A DNA stretch of 64,000 nt from Candidatus Bathyarchaeota archaeon (lineage in GTDB: Archaea; Thermoproteota; Bathyarchaeia; 40CM-2-53-6; RBG-13-38-9). Of the stretch, positions 18,274-28,737 are shown in pieces; positions within the stretch are counted from its first letter, which is position 1; every line of letters starts with the position of its first letter. A program made the position numbers and the translations under genes. The stretch spans positions 128,001-192,000 of the forward strand of contig CAWECG010000001.1 in assembly GCA_963807605.1 (NCBI GenBank), given 5' to 3'. Below the pieces are notes generated by a model. That model had not been told where the DNA came from, did not search any database, and worked only from the letters and a program-made list of their open reading frames with translations.

Positions 18274-20089
18274 TCACATGCCCCAGAGCGGGTTCCCCTT
18301 TCTCATTATCTCTTTGAGTTCATCCAGAAGAGCCAGCTCTTCGGAGTTTAGGTAATCTCTAAGTCTTGTGGAGAGCTCCTTTGCTGATGGTTCGGGAACG
18401 ACCACATAGAGAACATCGCCTTCGAAGACATTTCTATTCATGACCGCTTTGTCTACTGAGACTGCAACTTGCATGCCTGCTTTTGCTTCGTCAACGTCTT
18501 TTCCTTTGTCTTGAAGTCTCAAGACTGTTCCAATCCTTTTGCCGTCCTTGTTTATCAGTGGGGCTTTCTGTCTGACCGTTCCTGCTAGGATCTCTACTCC
18601 GAATATTGCTGGTTTACTGTGTCTGAATACGTATCCTTGGAGAACGTGTATCTTCCCAGGCTTGATGTGGCGGGCTAGCTCCGCTTTCACATTTTCGGCT
18701 TTTTCAGCTTCCATCCACCTCGAGTAGCTGTCAAGCAAGTCATAGATCACGTCTGCCTGAATTACGGGGATGCCTCTTCTTCCTGCTTCTACCTCAGCAT
18801 CAGGGAGTAGTCTGACATTGAATCCCAAGACTACACCGAGCAGACGATCCTCCTCTCTCACTATGCCTGCCTCAACGACCTCTCGTTTGGAAATATCGCC
18901 TACATCGGCTAATCTTATCGGTGTGTTTGACTCTCTCAGTGACGCGATTATCGCCTCAAGAGCCCCCAGCGTGTCAGTCTTGAGGACGATTCCGTTTCGG
19001 TCGGTCTGGATCCTCAGACTCTCAAATTCTTCTTTAACCATCTTTGAGAAGGTTGCAGTAGATTCGCCTTCTGGACCAGCATATAGAGAGGAGCCTGCGA
19101 GGGCTTTCTCCAAGTTGGGGGCTACAATCTTGATGCCAGCAGCGGCCTTGACGCCGCGCACATTTGAGAACTTCTCTCGTGGATCTCTGATCTCATCGAG
19201 AGGTTTAGGAACAAGAATTGCCCGAACATTAGTAACTATGGGGCCTTCTTTGCCTCCCAGGACTATCTGGTCGCCGACATTCAATACACCATCATAGATG
19301 ATTGCGTTAACAGTTGTACCTAAGCCGGTTTCTTCTTTGACTTCTAGAACCGTTCCCTTAGCTGGTCCAGTAGTTGTCAATAGTTCTTCTTTCATGAATG
19401 ATTGGGTCAGTCCAACCAACATCGCAAGCAGTTCCCGGATTCCTTCCCCCGTCTTTGCGCTTGTCGGAATAATGGCGACCGTCTTGGTGAAGTCCTTGAT
19501 CCTATCGAATCTGTCCGCCTGTAAGCCAAATTTGGACAGTTCTCCCATGATGGTGTATACCCGGTTATCTATGTCTCTCTGGACTTCTGGAGGTTGTTGC
19601 GCGATCTCGGAACTGATCGATTTGGTATCGATTCTCCTCCATCCGGGTACCATGTCTATCTTATTTGCTGCGACCAAGAAGGGCGTTTTTCTAGTCTTCA
19701 GTATCTCTATGGATTCCTCTGTCTGAGGTTCAACGCCTTTCGTTATGTCGATAACGAGTATCGCGATGTCAGCAGCCGAACCTCCTCGACGTCGCAAGTT
19801 TGAGAAGCTCTCGTGGCCTGGGGTATCGATGAAGAGCAATCCCGGTATACCAATTTGGAATTTGAATTGTTCAAGGGTCTCCCCGTATACCTCCTTGATT
19901 GTTTCTGTCGGTAGGAGACTCGCGCCGATCCATTGTGTTATCAGTCCCGGCTCCCTCTTTGCGACAGAAGTGCCTCTGATCTGATCGAGAAGCGTTGTCT
20001 TGCCGTGATCTACATAGCCCGTCGCCGTGCGGTCAGTGAGTTTGCAACGTATGGCCTAGAACCACGACAATTGGCTGACGAATTGACAA
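18274..20089 (-). CDS. infB: Translation initiation factor aIF5B (IF-2), two exons: 20089-20051 and 20013-18274
   Basis: Exon 1 MSIRQPIVVVLGH joined to exon 2 VDHGKTTLLDQIRGT..ITQWIGA..FIDTPGHE..NKID; the ORF track misses the first 71 aa. Confidence 0.95.
20014..20050 (-). other. 37-nt bulge-helix-bulge (BHB) intron in the aIF5B mRNA
   Basis: Exon helix UCUA/UAGA, central helix GGCC/GGCU, two 3-nt bulges AU^A and AU^G, intron helix CGUUGC/GCGACG; removal restores GHVDHGKT. Confidence 0.92.
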
Positions 20090-20187
20090 GGGTGCATTCC
20101 CTCTGGAGTCCAATGGGTGTCGAACTCCTTAAGTGTTACACTCTGATGGTCTTTCAGATTGTTCTTGCGAAGCATTTGCTAGAAGTC

Positions 20188-20656
20188 TTACTCTTTGGGT
20201 TTGAGGCCAAGGAGGAATGCCGTCTCGGTAGGCTTGCTATAAGTTACGATTTCATTTTGCTCAAAGAATATCTTGATCTCGCGAGTCGCGTTCTCCATGC
20301 TGTCGGCAGCATGCGCTATATTCTGAGTTGTGTTCAAGGCAAAGTCGGCTCTAATGCTTCCCACATCGGCCTCTTGAGGATTTGTCACTCCAACAATTCT
20401 TCTGATCGCAATGACAGCATTCGGTCCCTCAACTACCATCGCGATTATGGGGCCGGATGTAATATGGTCAAGAAGCCTGAGATAGAAGTCCTTTGTTCTA
20501 TGCATCGAATAGAGAGTCTCAGCCTGAATCCTTCGACATTCTCAGGAGCTTTATTGCAGTTACGTTCAGGCCCTTTCTCTCAATTCTTGAGATTACTTGC
20601 CCGATGAGTCCCCTCATCACGCCCTCGGGTTTGATGAGAACTAATGTTCTCTCCAT
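20188..20656 (-). CDS. ndk: Nucleoside diphosphate kinase, +1 frameshift near 20528
   Basis: [20 protein letters not shown]-terminus, then [16 protein letters not shown] in another frame. Confidence 0.92.
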
Positions 20657-20674
20657 GGGGGATTTTCACAGTTC

Positions 20675-20863
20675 TTATCTTTCCTTGTGCATGTAATGCT
20701 GGGTCCATTTGAATTTTCTTGAATCCCTGTGTAGCTCGAGTGAACTCTTTCTGCATTTTGTCGAGCAGAAGTATAGTATCACTCCATCATTCTTTATGTA
20801 GGCAAGTCCCGACGCTGGACCGTACTCGTTTCCGCAGAAGTGGCATTTGAATGTGCGGGGCAC
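20675..20863 (-). CDS. rpl24e: Ribosomal protein L24e
   Basis: CHFCG..DG..FCSTKC..KWT. Confidence 0.95.
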   Translation of the reverse strand: MPRTFKCHFCGNEYGPASGLAYIKNDGVILYFCSTKCRKSSLELHRDSRKFKWTQHYMHKER

Positions 20864-20876
20864 TTAGTATGCCTCT

Positions 20877-21116
20877 CTAACGTATCTTCTTGGCTTCTCT
20901 CTCGGTCTCTCTCAACATCAATGTATCGCCAAGTCGTACCGGACCCTTGATGTTTCTAGTGATAATTCTGCCCTTGTCTCTCCCTTCAAGAATCCTAACT
21001 CTGACTTGTATGACTTCGCCTGTTACTCCTGTTCTGCCAACAATTTGTGTGATCTCAGACGGGATTAGGACCTCTTCGCCTGCCTCTCTTGCTGTTTTTT
21101 GTGAGGTGCTGCTCAA
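20877..21116 (-). CDS. rps28e: Ribosomal protein S28e
   Basis: [31 protein letters not shown]. Confidence 0.96.
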   Translation of the reverse strand: MSSTSQKTAREAGEEVLIPSEITQIVGRTGVTGEVIQVRVRILEGRDKGRIITRNIKGPVRLGDTLMLRETEREAKKIR

Positions 21117-21523
21117 GTGCTTGTCCCACCGTCCTTTAGTAACTTCTCTGTAGCACTGACGATTTCCTTCAAAGACTCGGCTGCTTCGCCCGGCTCAACT
21201 ATTGAGATCGCTGCAGAACCCACTTCGATCCCTGCGGATCTCCCTAGCTCAAGCTTTGTGGGAACAAAGAGATAGGGTATCTTTCTTTCCTCACACAAGA
21301 TTGGGAGATGCGCTACCACTTGAGGTGGTTCAACGTCTTCGGCTATAAGTACGAGCTTGGCCACGCCTCTCTCGATTGCTTTGGTGGATTCATTAGTTCC
21401 CTTTCTGATCTTGCCCGAATCCTTGGCTACCTGTACCGCTTGAATCGCCTTCTCCGCAAGCTCCTTCGGTGTTTCAAACTTAACGTAGAATTGTTTTGGC
21501 ATCGTTCTTACCTCATCTGCCAC
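21113..21523 (-). CDS. rpl7ae: Ribosomal protein L7Ae
   Basis: [30 protein letters not shown]. Confidence 0.97.
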   Translation of the reverse strand: MADEVRTMPKQFYVKFETPKELAEKAIQAVQVAKDSGKIRKGTNESTKAIERGVAKLVLIAEDVEPPQVVAHLPILCEERKIPYLFVPTKLELGRSAGIEVGSAAISIVEPGEAAESLKEIVSATEKLLKDGGTST

Positions 21524-21626
21524 TTTTAGCTAGTAGCCCACGTGCCTGTTTTATCAACCTTTCGTTAAAGAACCTAGTTGGATCTGGAAAGCATCCGAGT
21601 CAAACGTAAAGGGACGCTGTGGCTTG

Positions 21627-22826
21627 CTATGCAGCGCCTCGTTTCACCATGTTAGCTACCTTGGTCTGCAGGCCCCAGAGCTCAATAAATCCAGTAGCCA
21701 TCGTCTGATCAAATGTTGTGCCAACATTATATGTGGCCAACTTGAGGTTATAAAGAGAAGCTGGCGATGATCTGCCGACAACTTGGCAGCTCCCCTTGTA
21801 GAGCTTAATCTTGACTGTACCTTTGACTCTTCCCTGGGTCTCGTCAATAAAGGCGTTCAGATCTCCCATCAGCGGATCCATCCATAATCCTGAGTAAGCT
21901 GCTACTGTCCATTGAAAGTCCACAAACTGCTTGAAGGAAAGTTCGTGGCGGGTTAAGACACACTTCTCCAAGTCTCTGTGAGCCTCTATGAGCACCGTTG
22001 CTGACGGGCATTCATAGACCTCACGGGACTTTATTCCTATCAAGCGATCCTCGATATGGTCTATTCGTCCAACGCCGTTTCTTCCAGCCACGCTATTCAG
22101 TTTCTGCAATAATGTGACGGGATTCTCTTTAACGCCATTTAGCGATTCTGGTATTCCCCGTTCAAATTCAACTGTTACGTATTCAGGTCTATCTGGGCTC
22201 TTCTCCGGAGATGTAGTTAGCTTGTAGATCTCTTCTGGTGGTTCCGCTGAAGGATCCTCAAGAATCCCACATTCTATTGAGCGGCCATACAGATTCTGAT
22301 CGGTGCTGTAAGGGTTTTCTGGCTTGATTGAGATCGATATGTTGTGTTCCTTAGCATACTTGATTTCCTCCTCTCGCGAGAGCTTCCATTCTCTTATTGG
22401 GGCTATTATCTTCAGTTGTGGTGCGAGGGCGGCTATCGTTACATCGAATCTGACTTGGTCATTGCCTTTGCCCGTACATCCATGCGCGACTGCTGTAGCC
22501 CCTTCCTTTTCGGCGATCTCAACCAATTTGGATGCTATAAGAGGTCTCGATAGTGCTGTCGATATTGGGTACTTGCCCTCATAGAGGGCATTGGCTTTGA
22601 CTGCAGGGAATACGTAGTTCTTGACAAACTCCTCCCGGGCATCTATCGAATAATGTTTTACAGCTCCGGCATTCTGAGAATTCCTACGAACTAGGTCCAG
22701 ATCTTCGCCGTGACCGACGTCGACTGTAACAGTGACTACATCGCAGCGGTATTTCTCCATAATCCATCTGACAGCAACTGATGTATCGAGGCCTCCAGAG
22801 TAAGCGAGAATCACCTTGTCTCTCAT
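21627..22826 (-). CDS. argG: Argininosuccinate synthase
   Basis: AYSGGLDTS, HGCTGKGNDQVRF, GIKSREVYE. Confidence 0.97.
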   Translation of the reverse strand: MRDKVILAYSGGLDTSVAVRWIMEKYRCDVVTVTVDVGHGEDLDLVRRNSQNAGAVKHYSIDAREEFVKNYVFPAVKANALYEGKYPISTALSRPLIASKLVEIAEKEGATAVAHGCTGKGNDQVRFDVTIAALAPQLKIIAPIREWKLSREEEIKYAKEHNISISIKPENPYSTDQNLYGRSIECGILEDPSAEPPEEIYKLTTSPEKSPDRPEYVTVEFERGIPESLNGVKENPVTLLQKLNSVAGRNGVGRIDHIEDRLIGIKSREVYECPSATVLIEAHRDLEKCVLTRHELSFKQFVDFQWTVAAYSGLWMDPLMGDLNAFIDETQGRVKGTVKIKLYKGSCQVVGRSSPASLYNLKLATYNVGTTFDQTMATGFIELWGLQTKVANMVKRGAA

Positions 22827-22941
22827 GTTTGATCCTTCTCTAATGGGATGGAACGTCCACTATAGGTAAGTGGTCAAATGATAACTTTTCTTTTACCCAC
22901 ATTTATTGTGGGCTGCGAAGTCTGCTTTGACTGTTGGCTAG

Positions 22942-23802
22942 CTACTTCTTTGAAATGGTCACGAGGTATTCCATGATCTTCTTGGCGATATCGACGCCCG
23001 TGGCCGCCGCGGCTCCCCGGAACTCTATTGTGGAGTTGACCTCGTGTACAACATTTCCATCAGGGCTCTCCATGGAATCGACTGCCAGGACTCCTCCGCC
23101 AACAGCCTTGGCTGCCCGTAAAGCAATATCCTCAAGTTCATGGGTAATTGGGCAAAGAGTCGTTGTTGCACCAAGTGCGACATTTGTCCTCCAAGCACCC
23201 GCTGGAGAACTCCGATATACCGCTACAGTGACTTCATCGCCTACAACTATTGTTCTAATGTCTCTGGGTGGTCGATTGACCATTTCCTGTATGTAATGTA
23301 TTTGAAGTAATGAGCTGCCCATCTGTTCCCTATGCTCGAGGATGGCCTCGGCTGTAGCTCTATCTTTTATCGGCGAGACTAATCTGCCCCAGCTTCCGAT
23401 GATTGGTTTTATTACTGCCGGGTAACCGATTTTGTCAAGCGCATCCAAGGCGGCTTCTGATGTGAACGTTATGTAAGTCTTCGGCGTGGGAACTTTGGAC
23501 TTAGCAAGAGCCAAGGACGTCAGTAATTTGTTTCCACAGACGAGGGAGGTTTCGAATGAGTTCACGACAGGCAGGCCATTCTTTTCGAGAATTGCAGTTA
23601 TCTGTAGACCCCTGAAGTAGCTTACGCATCGCTCGAGAACGACGTCACCATATGATTCCTTTCCATATCTTTCGTGTATATCCAAACATAGGTTCTTGGC
23701 GTCGATAAGATTCGTTCGTATTCGTTTTCGTTTGGCGGCCTTAATCAGGGCTTTCTCTTCCCATCGCGTACGGTCAAAGATGATCGAGAATGTCTTTGCC
23801 AA
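22942..23802 (-). CDS. argX: LysW-glutamate ligase ArgX (ATP-grasp)
   Basis: GSWGRLV, WRTNVALG and EFRGA (ArgX-like); lies between lysW and argG; TTG start after the lysW stop. Confidence 0.85.
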   Translation of the reverse strand: MAKTFSIIFDRTRWEEKALIKAAKRKRIRTNLIDAKNLCLDIHERYGKESYGDVVLERCVSYFRGLQITAILEKNGLPVVNSFETSLVCGNKLLTSLALAKSKVPTPKTYITFTSEAALDALDKIGYPAVIKPIIGSWGRLVSPIKDRATAEAILEHREQMGSSLLQIHYIQEMVNRPPRDIRTIVVGDEVTVAVYRSSPAGAWRTNVALGATTTLCPITHELEDIALRAAKAVGGGVLAVDSMESPDGNVVHEVNSTIEFRGAAAATGVDIAKKIMEYLVTISKK

Positions 23803-23812
23803 TGATGGGGTC

Positions 23813-23986
23813 TCACTCTCCCCAGTCTTCACCGACGACCTCGGCAACCTTGAGGTCGCATTTTCCATTTTCATCGATGGATAACTCAAATTCTAAGCCG
23901 CAGTCGGGACAGGTGACTATTTCACCGTTGACGACATCTGCGGGAATAGTGATCTCGCCATCACATTCGGGGCATTTGCATTTCAT
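23813..23986 (-). CDS. lysW: Amino-group carrier protein LysW, arginine-side copy
   Basis: Hand translation MKCKCPECDG..CPDCG..VGEDWGE; absent from the ORF track. Confidence 0.95.
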   Translation of the reverse strand: MKCKCPECDGEITIPADVVNGEIVTCPDCGLEFELSIDENGKCDLKVAEVVGEDWGE

Positions 23987-24072
23987 TCCGTTTCTTGCTC
24001 ACAATTTGTACGATTCTTCTTTAAATTCTGAATGCGTAGCTGAGGATAAGCTTAAAAGATTTTCTTTTGCGT

Positions 24073-25151
24073 TGCTGTGTTGCGCGACTAGGTTTCAGTG
24101 ATGTTTTTCGCTTTTGTTGGCTGTCTTCAGGTTTCGTCTAGCCGTGTGTTGCTGTGGTTGTTTCTATCAGCATGTTGTATAGTGAGGCTTTGATCATCAT
24201 CTCCTGTGCCATGTTTTGCATCGTTTTGGCTGAGACGTATTCTCCGAAGGTTCGCTTCAGCGATGAGAAGGCTGATTCAGCCATCCATCTATACCCGTAG
24301 CCATGATTGTGTTTCCAGGCTTCAGGGTCTTTGAGGTATTCTTGGGCTACGAGCTTTCTGGGCATGCATCCTCCGGCCCTGCTGGATGTGTTCTTGCGCA
24401 CCTTGATGGCTGGCTCAATCCCTTTTGCGTTGAGATAGCGGAAGTTGCTTTTCATATCGTATGCTCCGTCGCCAATTGCCTTGGCGACCTTACCTTTCTT
24501 GGAGGCTTCATCAACAAGCGGCTGGAGCATCCCTCCGTCACCTGTCTTCTCATCCGTCACCTTCAAGGCGAGTATCTTCTTCCGCTTTACATCAACGGCG
24601 ATATGGATCTTGAGGTATCCGCGTCTCACCTTCCATTTATGGCGTATCCATTCGCCGCGGTTAGCCACCTTGATGCCTGATGCGTCCACCGCCAGGACTA
24701 TGTCGTCGCCATAATCTTTCTCATCCAGCTTCACATCTAACCTGTTCACGCGTCTATCTATGGTTGAATAGTCAGGCACATGGATCCTTGAGTCGAATCT
24801 TCTCAGGGCTTTGAGGAATCCTTCTGTCTGCCTGTAGGGTAGGTGGAATAGCAGGTGCATGTAGCCTAGAAGCCTGATGAAGATCTCAGGGTAGACGTAT
24901 TGTCCACCTTCCTTCCCAGTATTCATCTTTTCAAGCTCAATGTTCCACCTGTCAAGGATGCGTGGGTCAAGCAGGATCTCCCCACGCTTCACGAGACCCT
25001 CATTGATGCGTCTCCAATCTCTAGCAGCCAATCACAATCGTGGAATAGTTCTCTCACAGGCAATATAGATCATCCAACCACTTCCACGTCAATAAACCGA
25101 AAACTCAAACCTACATCCATAAACAAAAATGTCTAGTCATGCAACACAGCA
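24073..25151 (-). mobile_element. IS5-family (IS903-like) insertion sequence
   Basis: 19-bp terminal inverted repeats TGCTGTGTTGC(GC/AT)GACTAG with 2 mismatches; 8-bp TSD TTTTGCGT at 24065-24072 and 25152-25159. Confidence 0.93.
24138..25031 (-). CDS. IS5-family DDE transposase
   Basis: LPYRQTEG, PDYSTI, VDASGIK..GEW, KIHIAVD, GDGAYD, GYGYRWMAESAFS. Confidence 0.95.
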   Translation of the reverse strand: MAARDWRRINEGLVKRGEILLDPRILDRWNIELEKMNTGKEGGQYVYPEIFIRLLGYMHLLFHLPYRQTEGFLKALRRFDSRIHVPDYSTIDRRVNRLDVKLDEKDYGDDIVLAVDASGIKVANRGEWIRHKWKVRRGYLKIHIAVDVKRKKILALKVTDEKTGDGGMLQPLVDEASKKGKVAKAIGDGAYDMKSNFRYLNAKGIEPAIKVRKNTSSRAGGCMPRKLVAQEYLKDPEAWKHNHGYGYRWMAESAFSSLKRTFGEYVSAKTMQNMAQEMMIKASLYNMLIETTTATHG

Positions 25152-25196
25152 TTTTGCGTGATTTTTTGTTGAGCGAATTGCGAGCTTTGAAATGGC

Positions 25197-25607
25197 TCAC
25201 CATTGTCTCAGTATGATCATAGTGTTTGTGTTTGAAACACCTTCCACACTTCGTACCTCTTCGATACAACGATTTACTTCTGTGATGCTTGCAGCCGAAA
25301 TCATGACTACTATGTCGTATTGTCCTGTAACTTCATGGACTGTCTCTACACTCGGAATCTTGACGAGCTCTTGTGAGATTTTTGATGTGGGATAAGCAGG
25401 GTTTATGGAAAGAAGCGTTATCGCCTCTGCTCCAGTCTTGAATCCTAGTTCAATAGTGAACTTCTTAACGTCGCCTGATTGTGTGAGCGCCATGATTCTC
25501 TTTCGAACAGCACCCTCAGACAATCCAGTCTTTTTTCCAATTTCGACATAGGGTGCCCTTCCATCCTCTTTTAGTATGTCTATTATCTTCTGGTCTATTT
25601 CATCCAA
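25197..25607 (-). CDS. lysM: Lrp/AsnC regulator LysM
   Basis: DEID..ILKEDGRAPY..GLSEGAVRKRI HTH plus RAM domain; divergent from the lys operon. Confidence 0.88.
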   Translation of the reverse strand: MDEIDQKIIDILKEDGRAPYVEIGKKTGLSEGAVRKRIMALTQSGDVKKFTIELGFKTGAEAITLLSINPAYPTSKISQELVKIPSVETVHEVTGQYDIVVMISAASITEVNRCIEEVRSVEGVSNTNTMIILRQW

Positions 25608-25773
25608 ACCCTGTCGCCGATACCATGGATGATGATGCCGGTCAATTTAACAATTCTTAAAAATGCTCGAACGTCCGTCGTTGGATTTGGAGCTGAATTA
25701 TTCTGTGCGTTCACAGAAAATAATGAAATCGTACTTCTAAAGCAAGATTGGGGAATAATGCAGTGCCCAATCA

Positions 25774-25800
25774 CCGAAATCTTTAATAATGGTACGATAT
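25774..25800 (+). promoter_or_regulatory. BRE/TATA promoter with GTACGATAT operator-like box (lys operon)
   Basis: CCGAAATCTTTAATAATGGTACGATAT; near-identical layout at 35913-35940. Confidence 0.6.
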
Positions 25801-25834
25801 CTCTGTTAGAGAAACTGAAAAAAGGGCAGCATCT

Positions 25835-26011
25835 ATGAGCAGTCAGAAGTGTCCGGATTGTTCTGCTGAAATTAGGATTCCAGATGATGCGATCGATGGT
25901 GAGATCGTCGCCTGTCCTGATTGTGGACTTGAATTACAGGTTAAGAAAGCTCAGGCGGGAACGGTCGAGCTTGTAGAGGTGACTAAGGAAAAGGAAGATT
26001 GGGGTGAATAG
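25835..26011 (+). CDS. lysW: Amino-group carrier protein LysW, lysine-side copy
   Basis: Hand translation MSSQKCPDC..CPDCG..EKEDWGE; absent from the ORF track. Confidence 0.95.
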   Translation: MSSQKCPDCSAEIRIPDDAIDGEIVACPDCGLELQVKKAQAGTVELVEVTKEKEDWGE

Positions 26012-26869
26012 TTGAGTAGCCCCATTGGAATGCTCTATGATCAGCTGAGGCCAGAGGAACGCCTACTCATTGATGCCGCTAGAAGAAAATCTGTACGACT
26101 TCAACTTCACGACTCTGAACAAACATATCTGGACTTACTTGAAACTGAGCGCAAAGAACCGTTCGAGGAAGTAGTCCTCCAACGATGTGTCAGCTACTTT
26201 CGCAGCGTACACCTCTCAGCAGCTCTCGAAGGTAGGAACATCGCTGTCATAAATTCTTCTAGAATCGCCTCAACCTGCGGCAATAAACTCTTGGCAACAA
26301 TTGAACTTGCAAAGGCAAAGATTCCCACTCCCCGAACAGCAATCGCATTTACTATCGAGTCTGCACTCAGGGCTCTTGATGAGATTGGATACCCGGCAGT
26401 CCTCAAACCGGTGGTCGGTAGTTGGGGCAGACTTGTAGCTCCGCTCAAAGATGTCGACTCGGCAAGAGCGATACTTGAGGATCGCGACAATATGTTTCCA
26501 CTCTATCAGGTCTACTATATCCAGGAAATGATCCAGCGACCACCGAGAGACATAAGATGTTTTGTGATAGGCGACTCTGTGGTAGCAGGAATATACAGAT
26601 ATGCGCCTGAAGGCGAATGGCGAACTAATACTGCACGGGGCGGACATGTTGAGTCATGCAAAGTCACTCCTGAGATGGAGGAGCTAGCGTTGAGGACGGC
26701 AAATGTTTTCGGGGATGGCATCTATGGTGTTGACATGATGGAAAGTAAAAACGGTTTGAAGATACATGAGGTGAACTATACGACTGAGTTTAGAAATAGC
26801 GTTCCAGCGACGGGCATCGACATCCCCGGCTTGATTCTTGATTTTGCTGCCGGAAAGAGGAGGAAGTAG
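26012..26869 (+). CDS. lysX: LysW-aminoadipate ligase LysX
   Basis: KPVVGSWGRL, WRTNTARGG and EFRNS (LysX-like). Confidence 0.9.
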   Translation: MSSPIGMLYDQLRPEERLLIDAARRKSVRLQLHDSEQTYLDLLETERKEPFEEVVLQRCVSYFRSVHLSAALEGRNIAVINSSRIASTCGNKLLATIELAKAKIPTPRTAIAFTIESALRALDEIGYPAVLKPVVGSWGRLVAPLKDVDSARAILEDRDNMFPLYQVYYIQEMIQRPPRDIRCFVIGDSVVAGIYRYAPEGEWRTNTARGGHVESCKVTPEMEELALRTANVFGDGIYGVDMMESKNGLKIHEVNYTTEFRNSVPATGIDIPGLILDFAAGKRRK

Positions 26870-26886
26870 TTTCGAAGATTTCAATA

Positions 26887-27924
26887 GTGGGTGGTTCAGG
26901 ATACGCCGGAGGCGAACTCATACGCGAGTTGCTTTTCCATCCAAAAGTCGAGATATCGACGGTCGTCTCAAGGACTTTCGTCGACGAGTACGTATTTCGA
27001 GTTCATCCAAACCTTCGCGGGTATACAGAACTGAAATTCTCACCTTTGAACCTCTCGAACATAACCTCTAATTCGGACCTAGTCTTCACGGCAATTCCAC
27101 ACGGAACCTCAGCAGAACTGGTGCCGAAGTTACTCGAGGCCGGTGTGAAAGTAATCGATCTGGGCGCAGACTTCCGGCTGAAGGATCCTGCAGATTATCC
27201 GAAATGGTATGGGTGGTCACATCCACATCCAGAGCTTCTAAAAGAGGCTGTCTATGGTCTTCCTGAATTCCACAGGGAGGAAATCAGAAAGGCGAAACTT
27301 GTTGCCTGCGCAGGATGTATGTCGACAGCAACAATTCTTGCACTCGCACCACCGATCAAAGAACAGGTCATCGATCCTGAAAGAATAGTCGTAGATGCCA
27401 AGATTGGCTCCTCAGGGGCCGGCAACGCGCTTACGAAGGCATCTCACCATCCCGAACGCGCTAATAGCGTAAGACCCTACAAGGTAGTTGGCCACAGACA
27501 CATTCCAGAGATGGAGCAGGAACTTTCGCTACTAACTAATACAAAACCAAGAATATCCTTCTCCCCCCACGCAATCCCGATGATCCGGGGTATCCTGACA
27601 ACCATCCACACTTTCCCCACTAAGAACCTGACACTTCCGGATGTCTGGAAGATGTACCGATCGATGTATGGCCAAGAACCCTTCATACGACTTGTAAAGG
27701 ACAGAAAAGGCCTCCACCAGCTTCCTGACCCTAAAGTCACGACAGGCTCAAACTTCTGTGACATCGGATTCGAAATCGACACTCATCTGAATAGAATGAT
27801 CATTTTCAGCGCGATAGATAATCTGGTCAAAGGGGCTTCAGGCCAAGCCGTTCAGTGCTTGAATATAATGCTCGGAATCGATGAGAAGACTGGCATCCCA
27901 GGCCCGACCATTTACCCCGTGTGA
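26887..27924 (+). CDS. lysY: LysW-aminoadipyl/glutamyl-phosphate reductase (ArgC family)
   Basis: KISIVGGSGYAG, IDLGADFRL, GSSGAG, DNLVKGASGQA; true start a few codons upstream. Confidence 0.94.
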   Translation: MGGSGYAGGELIRELLFHPKVEISTVVSRTFVDEYVFRVHPNLRGYTELKFSPLNLSNITSNSDLVFTAIPHGTSAELVPKLLEAGVKVIDLGADFRLKDPADYPKWYGWSHPHPELLKEAVYGLPEFHREEIRKAKLVACAGCMSTATILALAPPIKEQVIDPERIVVDAKIGSSGAGNALTKASHHPERANSVRPYKVVGHRHIPEMEQELSLLTNTKPRISFSPHAIPMIRGILTTIHTFPTKNLTLPDVWKMYRSMYGQEPFIRLVKDRKGLHQLPDPKVTTGSNFCDIGFEIDTHLNRMIIFSAIDNLVKGASGQAVQCLNIMLGIDEKTGIPGPTIYPV

Positions 27925-27930
27925 TGATGA

Positions 27931-28737
27931 ATGCTTCTAGTCGTCAAGCTCGGAGGAAGTACCCTTGAAGAGGGTGTCTCGGAAGAGTTTGTTCAAGATG
28001 TCAAGAAGGTAACTGGAAACCACAAGTTGGTAATCGTGCACGGTGGAGGCGCTAAGGTAACAGAGATAGCGACGAAACTGGGAAAAGAACAGAAATTCGT
28101 CGTCTCACCAGAAGGTTTCAGAAGCAGATACACGGACCGTGAGACTGTTGAAATCTACACGATGGTTATGGCTGGAAAGATAAACAAAGATATGGTCATA
28201 GCGCTCCAACGTCACAGCGTCAACGCCGTCGGCCTCTCAGGTTTGGATGGGTCTTTAGCAAAGGCTGAGCGTAAGAAACAACTCATAATTGTTGACGAGA
28301 GAGGTAGAAAGAGGATCATTGAAGGAGGCTACACAGGCAAGATAAGCAAGATCAATCCTGGTCTCATTAATCTTCTTGTTGAGAATGGCTACACACCTGT
28401 AATCGCTCCAGTTGCTATTGGATCAGAGGGCGAACCGCTAAATATCGACGGAGACCGCATGGCTGCAAACATCGCAGGCGCGCTCAAGGCTGACATGCTA
28501 ATCCTGCTAACCGATGTCAAAGGCGTCGAGTTGGATGGTAAGCTAGTGCCAAAGATGGACCTTCTAGAAGCCAAAGACGCACTTCCACGCATAGGGCACG
28601 GAATGATAACGAAGATCTACGCTGCCATAGAGGCCATTGAGAATGGCGTGAGAAAGGTCGCGATATCGCCAGGTCTTGAGCCATCCTCAATCTCGCTGTC
28701 TATTGAGAACAAATGTGGTACTGTGATAGAACGATGA
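27931..28737 (+). CDS. lysZ: LysW-aminoadipate/glutamate kinase (ArgB family)
   Basis: VKLGGS, VHGGG, SPEGFRSRYTD, LNIDGD, GMITK. Confidence 0.94.
   Translation: MLLVVKLGGSTLEEGVSEEFVQDVKKVTGNHKLVIVHGGGAKVTEIATKLGKEQKFVVSPEGFRSRYTDRETVEIYTMVMAGKINKDMVIALQRHSVNAVGLSGLDGSLAKAERKKQLIIVDERGRKRIIEGGYTGKISKINPGLINLLVENGYTPVIAPVAIGSEGEPLNIDGDRMAANIAGALKADMLILLTDVKGVELDGKLVPKMDLLEAKDALPRIGHGMITKIYAAIEAIENGVRKVAISPGLEPSSISLSIENKCGTVIER

Noticed and set aside
17269-20607. Long antisense ORFs (17269..17964, 17675..18229, 19933..20607 and similar throughout the window)
   Set aside because: Shadow frames of well-conserved genes on the opposite strand.
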